DNA of 64,000 bases from Lama glama. Lineage: Eukaryota. Made by a program: the position numbers and the translations under genes. This document shows positions 26,201-35,542 of this stretch, in pieces. Numbering within the stretch: the stretch's first letter is position 1; every line of letters begins with the position of its first letter. The stretch is from contig CM052832.1 in NCBI GenBank assembly GCA_028534125.1, positions 34,658,001 to 34,722,000 on the forward strand. The letters run 5' to 3'. Below the pieces are notes generated by a model. It saw only the letters and a list, made by a program, of their open reading frames with translations. It made no database searches and was not told the DNA's origin.

Positions 26201-28484
26201 CGGCCGCAGCACCGAGCTCCCGGGGGGCACCGTCCAGCTCTGCTCACCCCTCTAGGGGGTTTCTTCCACGCCGGTCCAGAGAAGTTCCCCACATGAGTGG
26301 GCTGCCTTCTTGGGGACTTCCCCAAGGTATTCCAGAGAACTGGGATCAAAGCGGACCGCAGCCAGGCTGCCTGGTCACCTCTGCCCTGACCTGCGCATCA
26401 GGACCGGCACCGCTGAGCTCCCGGCGGGCGGGAGATTCGGGAAGGGCGCGGCAGGGCAGAGCACAGGCCCCTGTGCTGCGCGACTGTGAGTATCGAGGCA
26501 GGAGAGAGGCAGCCACTGCTGCAAGCCCCGAGATGCACCTGGCCTCTGGAGGTTCACAAGGGCCTCTGCGGACAGGGAGCACTGGTCCTGCCTCACACCT
26601 CCTACCACCACATCAGCGTGGCTTCACACAGACCGAGGAGGACTGACCATCTGGCCCAGTACATGGCAAGGCTCTGCAGACTCCCTTCTGAGGAAGCTCT
26701 GCACCCCGTGGCCTCTCGCTGTGAAGGGCACACCCTTTGCAAAGCAGAAGATGACATTTCTCTGGTGCACACACGGAGGCCTTTTGATTTTTATTTTCCA
26801 AGAGGCTCCCCATTGGTGCCTTGGGGAAACCCAGAGCCGACTGAGAGGCAGGCCCGCTCACCAGAGAGCACGGCTCCTGTTTGTGCCGGTCTGGCCACGT
26901 CTGAGGTGAGCGGACTCTGGGGGGGGCCCACACACATCAGTGTTCCATCACACGTGCCACTTGTCATGCGTGTGCGTCCCAGAGGCTGGGCGCTGAGCCC
27001 CCGTGAGCTGTGAGCCTCCCTGGGTCGAGCTGGGAAATGCCCTTGGCGTGATCAGCACTGTTTCCAAAAACTGTCCCAAACTAGAAGGAATTGTTCACCC
27101 CCAGAATCAGTCCCCTCTACCCCCACAGCCTTCCCAGACAGGCCTTGGTCCAATCCCATCCCATCTCCCCTACCAAACCTGCCCCCACACATGCAGCCAG
27201 ACCACCTGGATCAGAACACGGGCGGCCCTGGGCTTCCAGTTACAAGAGAGCCCTTTAGATCACTCACAGCCGAACCCAAGGCTCCAGGAAAGTGAACTGC
27301 CTACTGCTAACTCTTCTGACCCACAATGTGTCCAGAGCCGACGCAGCCCAGGCTTGCAGGTGTTCAGCCTGGACTGCGACTCTTCCCCCGGCGGACGGCC
27401 CCGACCAGCACTGCAGCCTCTAACCCACTGCTGCCCGACGTGGCTGAGGCCACGCTGCAACCAGAACACTGACTCTGACACTGGCTGAAATAAGCACGTC
27501 CCGCCGTTGCAGCCACAGTTCTCAAAATCTCACTGGGAGGAAAGCAAGAAAGCCAAGGGTCCGGGTGAAATGCGGCCGGTGTCCCCGCAGTCAAGCATCT
27601 GACAGCTGGTGGGCCCGGGGCCTAAGGAGGCCCCAGCAGACCCTCAGAAGGGACAGTGGACGTTCTCAAGCCTCCAGCACAAGTCAAAGGCATTTTTTTT
27701 TCTCCGTTTCTCCTTGTCTCTGGGCCATAAAAAGGAAAGGGAAGAGGAACTTCCCTCTGAAGTCTTGGTGATTTCTTGTTAAGTACGTCTGTAAATACAA
27801 GCGTGTTGAAAGCACATTCTTGATAAAATTATTAATAACTCAGAGTCAGGATGGGAGGGGTCATCCAGTGTGGGATCACAGGATGCTGAGTCTCTGTGTG
27901 TTCCCCGTTTCCAGGACTAGGTGCTAGCATGCAGGGCAGCCCGTGGTGACCAGCTCTGCCTTTCCTGGGCTCCCTGGCCACGCCGTCTAAGGAACCTGGG
28001 CTCACAGGATTCCTCAAAGGCTAAGGATTTCTCCAAAATAAAATGAACAAGCAACAAAAGACAGCTGTGCATGTGTGTGTGCGCGTGCGCACACACACAC
28101 GCACACAGGCACACCAACTAGCAGGCTGTCTCCGTGCACCAGCAGCAGGAAGCGGCCCCAGAAGTCAGGTGTGGGGTTTCCTGCTGAGACAGAAGCTGGA
28201 AGGAACCAGCACCTTTTACACAAAAAAGCCACCAGCGGGAACCAGACCCAGAGAAGCCAAAGGTTAACAAAGGTGCTCTGAGAAACGGAGTTGAGTCAGA
28301 AGCTGCCGGGCAGGGGGAGGCTGCCTGTGAGGACCAGCACAGGGACTTCAGGAGGGACTGAGGCTGCAGACGTGTGCCAGGTGGCACGCGGCCCACACCT
28401 CTCGGGACACGCCTGTCAGGACACCGCACCCCAGGTGTCAGCCCCACGTCCGTAGCACAGGGCAGCGTCTCAGGACTAAACATG

Positions 28485-28560
28485 CTTTCCCTTTTTTCTT
28501 CAGCTTTATTGAGACATAACTGACATACAACATTGTGTACGTCACGGTGTACATCTGCTG
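28485..28560 (-). mobile_element. Very short L1 3' tail
   Basis: cttttttcttcagctttattgagacataactgacatacaacattgtgtac. Confidence 0.7.
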
Positions 28561-30331
28561 GTTTCCAAAAATCTTGATAATGAGAGACAGACAGCCTGGT
28601 TAGGGGATAAAGTTAGTCTTCACAAAGCAAATATTTTATCTTTCCCAATAAAGTAAGAAACTGGACATTTGAATTGAACATTAAGTGTCACAAGTCTGCT
28701 TCCTGGAAGTCGGTCATGGGTGTGAGGACAGACCTGAGCACCTTATGTGCAAAGCAGGGTCCCACCAGGGGTGCACCTGTGGGGGCCTTGGGCCGGCAGC
28801 ACCCTTCAGTCCCCCCTGGACAGGGCAGAGCCCACACCCTGCCACGGCGGGGGAGACCAGACTCGGGAGAGCCGCACCAGGAGCACCCCTCCCCCCCAGC
28901 CTCCTCAGCCCCTTCGCCTCCACACCACAGTCCCCTTCCAGGCCCCCGTTTGTCACCTGGACGGCCGTGGTCATGGCCTCCTGACCAGCCCCTCATGGAC
29001 CCCCACTCCCCCCTGCACACCTGCCACTGTGCCAGTGCGCCCAGCACATTCAGGAGCCCCCTCCGGTCCGCAGACCGGCTGCTCACAAGGCTGCATGCTC
29101 GGGACCAGACCTCTGAGCTGGTCAGCTTCAAGGCAGGTGTGAGGAGTCACCAGTCACTGGACAGCAGCACCAAGTGGACAGTGGACGCCTGGGCCTCTGC
29201 CTGTGTCTGTAGCTCCCATCACTGCCCCCCAGCACCGGTTCCTGTCACACAAAGCGATCGTGCAGGCCTCTGCCTGGACTCCCCTCTGCCCATAGTGCTG
29301 ATTGCTCAGCACCCATCTTCAGGCCTCCAGTTCAGTACCACCTTCTCTGAGGTGCCTTCCCGAACACGATCTCCCTCCCCCAACCTGGAAAGGTGTCTCC
29401 CTTCCCCACACGGCACAGGAGCACCTGCCTGGTGCTCGCAGCCTGCTCTGCAACTGCCAGTTTTCCTCGCTGCCACCCCCCACCAAGCCAGTCTTCTGAG
29501 AACCAGGGGTGGGTCTGTGTGTCCTGCCTGAGTCCCACAGCACCTGCTGGGACAAACGAGCCTTCGTCAAGCGAACCAACAAGGGGCTGGATGACGGAGG
29601 CAGGGCAGGCCTCCCTCACGGTGGACCTGGGCTGGGCGGACCGGTGTTCGAAGAAAACCACAGAAGAGGCAGCCTGAGAGAACTGCCCGGAGCCACGGCC
29701 CCCTTACCCGACAAGGAGGGCCCTCGGGGCTGGGGGAGTCCACCGTCCCCATCTCCACGAGACCCGGACACCTGGTCTGGTCACAGGAACTGACCACCAC
29801 CCCACAGTGGCCCAAAATCACCCCCAGAGAGAGCGCGGGGGAAACAGGCAAACAGAGGCTCCAGCTTCACGGCCACGCACGCTGCAGTGGTGCTGGCCCT
29901 TCCCCAGAGGCCCTGGCGCTGGGGCCTCAAAACCTCTGCGTGCAGAGCCTGGGGCACCCGGGCCCTCCCTCTCACCCTGCCCACTGATTTGGGACCAGAA
30001 AACCCAGGTTCAAGCAAAGCATCGCTAACATCTTTAGTTTCTGGTATGTTTCCTGGGCTCTCTGAGCCTCAGGTGAATGAAATACTATCTTCTCTCCGGC
30101 CTACACCGCTGCGGGGGACGGTCTGTGGCCTGCAGAGCACCGGACAGCCACCTGGCGAGGGGCCTGTGTGCTGCCCAGGGGTCTTCCAAGGCTCGCCCTG
30201 GGCTGGGCTGCTGCTCAAGTCCGATCTTCACAGGAGGGGACTGGGGGGCATCTCAGGGCTTCCAGGTCCAGCACCTACACCTGGATTACCCATGCTTCAC
30301 CCAGGCGGGCCTGTTGAGTCAGAACAAGCAT

Positions 30332-30337
30332 TTTAAT
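30332..30337 (-). promoter_or_regulatory. Candidate distal poly(A) signal ATTAAA for exon 8
   Basis: This is the first A(A/T)TAAA hexamer I found downstream of the exon-8 stop, followed by ATGCTTGTTCTG. Motif evidence only. Confidence 0.3.
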
Positions 30338-31173
30338 GCTCCAAATGGATCTGAACTGTCATCCCACACCGGCCAGGGGCTGCTGGGCACGAGGGGTCCT
30401 CTTCACCCAACTCATCGCCCCGCCCCCGCCCCGACTCAGAACACAGGCCAAGCACACACCTCCGCCAATGAGCCCACCCTGTCAGCTCCCTGAGCTCAAG
30501 CCAAACCTATCCTTTAAGTAAAAGTTAGGTTTCCTTCTCCCCTGCTGGACTGAGACGAGAAAAAGTTGAGAAATTGACTTCAACTGCTCTTCACACCAGT
30601 TAGCGTCCTTCAAATCGAAGCTGAACACGGAATCAGGAGAAGGCACTGGACGCCGCATCCCCCGGGACCCCGGCCCACGGGGACCCACGTTCTCCCACAG
30701 GGAAGCAGGTCACCACCCCACCCTCTGGAAAGCAGCCCCCAACGGCCTGGTGGCGTGGGGTCCCCACCCGGCTGAGGAGGAAGGCGGGCGGCGGGGCTCA
30801 ACGTGGAGGGCTGCCTTCACCAACAGAAACACGTGTGGGCGCCAAGGCCACACGGGGAACAAAACCAGGGATGGAACACAGCCCGGGAGCCGCGCTCCAG
30901 GAGCAGAGGGGGCACGGCAGGCCGCGGAGACGGCCTGGGCAGCGGGGCTCAGGGCAAACAGGGAGCCACAGCAGTGGCACCAGGTGAAGACAGGTCTCTT
31001 TTGCCAGAGACGGCACGTGGCTGGCGACATGCTGTACCGGTTTGAGAGGAAAACAGGCAGGTTCACAAACCACTTCTGGACACTTAAACTCTGGGTTGCT
31101 TTTCTTCCTGGCAGCACCAGCCTAAACTCTGTGGCTCTGCAACATTTCAGAAACGTCAGGAACATTACAGTCT

Positions 31174-31211
31174 TCAGAGAAAGGCCCAGGACTTCAGAAT
31201 CCCCGAGGTGG
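31174..31211 (-). CDS. DUSP22: DUSP22 terminal exon 8, coding part of the short isoform, (A)TSGILKSWAFL*
   Basis: The acceptor is TGTTCTTTCTTCACAG| and the phase matches the exon-7 internal donor (G|CC). The peptide is homologous to the recalled human short-isoform tail AAPGILKFWAFLRRL. Confidence 0.85.
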
Positions 31212-31348
31212 CTGTGAAGAAAGAACATCACTGGCGACAAACGTAAAACGACACTTTAAAACACAGGAATACGTTTAGGGTCCACGCTGGACACACATGT
31301 TTACGCGTTCAAGCTGACATCCTGGTACTTTTCCTGTTAACATGTTTG

Positions 31349-31400
31349 CGCTCGCGCTCTCTCTCTCTCCCTCCCTCTCTCTCTCTTTTTTTTTTTTTTT
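31349..31400. repeat. (CT)n plus T-run microsatellite in DUSP22 intron 7 / long 3' UTR
   Basis: Directly visible in the sequence. Confidence 0.9.
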
Positions 31401-31514
31401 CGGTTTAAGGAAAAGTCACTTTCGAGGCAAACTGTCTTGGCTGCAGAAGGGTAACTCCATGCGCAGGCCTCCCTTCTCCTGGCCCCGAGGAGGTCGCCTA
31501 TGACACACTTTCTT

Positions 31515-31520
31515 TTTATT
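31515..31520 (-). promoter_or_regulatory. Candidate poly(A) signal AATAAA in intron 7 / long-isoform 3' UTR
   Basis: tttatt on the + strand, ~1.2 kb past the long-isoform stop, followed on the minus strand by AAGAAAGTGTGTCA. Confidence 0.35.
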
Positions 31521-32703
31521 CAGGGACCCTTTTGTGGTGGAATTCGGAGAAACTGGGCTGCAACGTCTGTTTAGGGAGAGGCTGAGTATGTGTCTTCATC
31601 TGCGTGGCTCTTCGTGCTGAGACCACCCGAGTCAGCACAGAGGCCTGGGCCACGGGGCTGCTCAGCGCGCACAGGTCGCACCTGGCTGGTGACTTTACCC
31701 ACCAGGAGGCACCCCTGCAGCCCAAGTCAGAAGCTCTGAGTAGCCCAGTGATGTGATCCTTTCCCCTCTGGCTTCAGACGCAGTTGTGATGGAACAGTTC
31801 CAGCTGTGAGGCAGAACTGACTGGAATAATGAAAACACCTCGAAAACACTTAACGAGGTAGCTGAGAGCAGGTTTCAAATCCACAGCACACACAAAGGTG
31901 CCTGATTAGTGCTCAGGGACTTCAAAAACGCATATTCAAGCGGAAACCGTGACGGTGCCCAGAACCGCTCTTTCTTCCAGCTCCGAGGCGCATGCAGACC
32001 TTGCAGAGAGGCCCTGGCAGCAAGAGCGGCAGGCGGCGGGGAGAGGCGAAGCTGGACAGAGGCAGAGGGCGGACGTGGGGCTGCTCCCCATGCGGTGAAA
32101 GCTGGTGCGGAAGGACAGCCACCAAGGGCCCTCAGGGTGTGAAAGGCAGAGAAGGGGCTGACTTGGGCGGGAGGGGTCGAGGCCGGGCTCACCACTGCCC
32201 CAGCCTCCAAGGGTCCCAGGAACACCCTCAGGAGGCAGCTGGGCCCCTGCCGCCCGGCACCAGCACCCTGGGCTCCGGGGAGGCCCCTGCCCCCTGAGCC
32301 CTCCCCACCGTCTGCTCACAGGCACGGGCTGCCCTGGCTAAATGGCTCTCCCAAGGCCAACTCCAAACGCACCCCCCCCCCCGTGGAGCCTTGGGAGAAG
32401 CAGCACAGCCAGTCCCACAGTGCAGGGTTTGTGGTGGTTCCCGTAACGTGAACATGCAGAGTTCACACTCACACATGCACAGACATGCTCACGTACGCAC
32501 GTGCACACAGGTGTGCACACGCACCCCGGCTCGCCAGGACACGAGGGGCAGCAGCATCCAGGCAGCGCAGAAGCTGGGAGTGGTTCTTGGGAGGGGCCTG
32601 ATTCACCAGACACCCACTTCCAGTCCTCGGGCCAGGCCAGCAACCAGGGTACCCAGCAGGACGGCACGGAGGGCGAGTGGGAGTGGCAGGAGCGAGGCCC
32701 AGG

Positions 32704-32886
32704 CTAGGTCTCCGTGGTGTGGCTGCCATGGGGCAGAGGAGCCAGGGCCTGGAAGCTGCTCCAGCGCCTGGTGCCAGGCGGGGGCTCTGCACGCCCCTGC
32801 TCTTTATATTTACCCAGGATGCTTCTGGCTGCTTCTGCGTCCCGCAAAGGGTCCTCTCCATACTCCTCCCTCAGCCACTGCCGGAA
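32704..32886 (-). CDS. DUSP22: DUSP22 exon 7, long form, FRQWLREEYGEDPLRDAEAARSILGKYKEQGRAEPPPGTRRWSSFQALAPLPHGSHTTET* (205-aa-type isoform); the short form ends at the internal donor after 32814
   Basis: Lies inside ORF 32704..32943. The acceptor is TTTCCACCTTCTCCAG| and the stop is TAG at 32704-32706. An internal donor CTGG|GTAAAT at 32813 gives a 73-nt short exon, 32814-32886. Confidence 0.93.
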   Translation of the reverse strand, partial: FRQWLREEYGEDPLRDAEAARSILGKYKEQGRAEPPPGTRRWSSFQALAPLPHGSHTTET

Positions 32887-33316
32887 CTGGAGAAGGTGGA
32901 AACAAAACCGAGATGCCACAAAGCTGCACCCCAGGACCCTCACCTACTACCTGACGGGCAGGTTCTGCCACTGTAAATGGGAGCATATGGGTGCTGAGCG
33001 TGCAGCGCTGAGGCTGCCAGCCAGGGGCAAGGAGGAAGAATGACTGCTTCTCCCCGGTTTGGGCTTGAGAACATAAAAGCAAGCGCACTGAGAAGGTGCT
33101 TGACCCAAAGGGAGAGAAACAGATGTCCATGTGAGGCTGAGGAACGAGGGGAAGGGCAGTGAACAAGAGGCCAGAGGTGGCTGCAGTGGGGATGAGGGCG
33201 ACCTGCCCCAGATGACCTCTAGGCCTCTCCGACCTCCAGGAGTCTGGCGTGTGCACAAAGACTGAGGAATCTTCCCAGGGCCGCCGCCGCCGCTGCCAGC
33301 CCCCAAGCGTAGTTAC

Positions 33317-33488
33317 CTGGTGGACTTGGTGCTTCTCGAACTCCTGGAGCTGCCTCTGGAAGCCCAGGTTGGGGTTGGCGCAGGACCTCCCTGCACGCAC
33401 GGTGTGGAGGGCGTCTTCCCAGCCGAAGTCGGTGACCGTCATGATGTACGCGACCACCAGGGTCACACTTCGGGAGACGCCAGCCAGG
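33317..33488 (-). CDS. DUSP22: DUSP22 coding exon 6 (172 nt), (C)LAGVSRSVTLVVAYIMTVTDFGWEDALHTVRAGRSCANPNLGFQRQLQEFEKHQVHQ
   Basis: Lies inside ORF 32810..33514. The acceptor is GGCCCTGCAG| and the donor is CAG|GTAACT. It carries the DSP signature AGVSRS...AYIM and the NPNxGFxxQL motif. Confidence 0.97.
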
Positions 33489-35467
33489 CTGCAGGGCCGA
33501 AAGCCGCAGGGCAAGGGAGGGTCAGTGACTCTGTGGACTTGTTTAGGCGCCCTTCCCGTCTTGGATCATGAGTGGACAGCAAGCCAGTACGTTACCAGGA
33601 AGTCACCCAGAAACACACCGGCTTCTCTCTACTTGGTGATGCTAGAATCTCAGGCATTCTTTTTCTGTGTGAGCCTCATTTTTTATTGGTTTTCTACTGG
33701 CTCTGGCTCCAGACACTTTGCTTTATGATCCTCTACTGTTTCTGAGCCCCTCCTCAGATGCTCCCACTCCCCTGGGCAGCACAATCACTAAAGCCCGTCA
33801 AGGAAGCAAGGGGGTCTGAGTAATAAGCCCGGTTACAAACTGCAGCCGTCTAGAAGGTGCCACTTTTTAGGTCTGGCTTCCTTAGATACATGAGGGCCAA
33901 GCCTACAGCTTAGAAGTTCGCTGAGCATTGCGTGCTCTGCACACCCCTCGGCAGGGCACCGGAGCAGGCACAGTCCACGTGCTCTGGGGGGGCGGGGGGA
34001 CGCTCTGCAGGCGGTAACGGGCAGTTTCTCCAGCAGGCTGAGGACGGGGACCGATTTTAAATGCACATGCAAATGAAGGCGGTCACAGAGGGGTTGTGCT
34101 GCGTCAGACTTGGAGTGTGCAGCAACGGTTTACGATGGGGAAGTGTAAGCGAGTGTCTCATTTTTAGAAAGGCCTATGCTCAGATTTACACAACTCTACG
34201 AAATACGAATTCCTAGAGTATCAGGCCTGCACACAGTCAAATATAAATAATAGTAATAGTAAAAATAAAAGAACCGCTCTCAAGTAGCGGTTCTGCCCTC
34301 AGGCTTTGTGTCAGAAATATCGAGAGAGCTTGTTTTAAAAAGGCATCCTCTTGGGCTGCACCTGGGGAGATGCTAACGCCAGGCACTGCACCCAGGACCC
34401 CTGGAATGGCTCCGACGGCAGCGTGAAGTGCTGTGAAGCAAACGCGAGTGAGTGTCACAAAACCTGCACTTGTGTTCATTACATGTCCTGCTCTTTCTAA
34501 AAGTAAAAGGAGAAACCACACTATGCCAAGCAGCCATCGAACTGTCCAGTGCCCTCTCCCCTGCTGCGGGATGCTGGTCTCAGAACCGACCGTGGCTCCC
34601 GTGAGGCTCCTCTGGGCACCACCAAGGGGACCCCCGGCCCCTCGTCCGGGCGGTGGCTGTCCCGGGAGACAGCGCCTGCATCTGCCAAGAGCTCTTCCTG
34701 CAGAAGCCGCTCATTTGGGGAATTCAGGAGAGTGTTGCGCCCTCAGTAAACTCATTCAAGAGCTCGAACCTCATTCAAGAGGCAGCAGCCCTCTGCCCCA
34801 GAATGCTGGCTGCTGGTTCCCTGGACCTGTTACCCCTGCAAAGACCAGCTTATGTTACCCTTATTAGCTGTGTTATCAGTACAAGCGCTGGTGGTAATAA
34901 AATGAGAGCTGACCTGCCCTGGGTGCCTGCTGTGTGCCAGGCAGGTGCAGCTACGTGTGCTGGAACAGCTTTCCCGGCACAACATGTGTGTGCACAGGTG
35001 TGTGCACACGGCCCACACAAAGCGAAGCTGAATGTAGGCGGACGGCTGCATGTAACTGCTTAATTCTAAGAGTCTAGTCAGTCCTCTTCAAAGTACAAGG
35101 CAAACACACACAAAAGCCCCAACCTGTCAAGGGAGAAGAAATGGTCATTTTGGTGTGACAGGAATGCAGCACTGAACACCCGCCCGTGTATGCAGTCAAA
35201 GCTCCAGAAGGAAACAGTGTGGTGAAAGCCACTGGGGTTCAGAGCTGAGTGTATGTTCCCTGGAAAGGGGGTTTCTGCTGTCCAGACAGTCCCTGTGGAA
35301 ACCCAACTGAGAAAATGAAAATCCTGAGTGAGAAGAAAAAAGAATGAGACAGTGACTAACAGCCAGCAGGGTCGGGGGTGTGTGTCCGCGGTTCGGGGAG
35401 ACGCAGGAGCCCTCCGTGCGCGGAGCGGGACTGCTCAGCTGCTGCTGCCGGCCAGAGGTGCACGTAC

Positions 35468-35542
35468 CAGTGTACGAGGCAGCCCTCGCCCCCGAGCCGG
35501 CACTCGTGGATGAATTTAATACTTTCTCTGAAATGTCTTGTC
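35468..35542 (-). CDS. DUSP22: DUSP22 coding exon 5 (75 nt), (L)TRHFRESIKFIHECRLGGEGCLVH(C)
   Basis: Lies inside ORF 35356..35571. The acceptor is CTTTTCCTCCCCCAG| and the donor is CTG|GTACGT. The catalytic Cys codon is split TG|C by intron 5. Confidence 0.96.

Noticed and set aside
32810-33514. 234-aa ORF as a standalone phosphatase gene
   Set aside because: Only 33317-33488 is coding (exon 6). The rest is intron read-through and off-frame exon 7.
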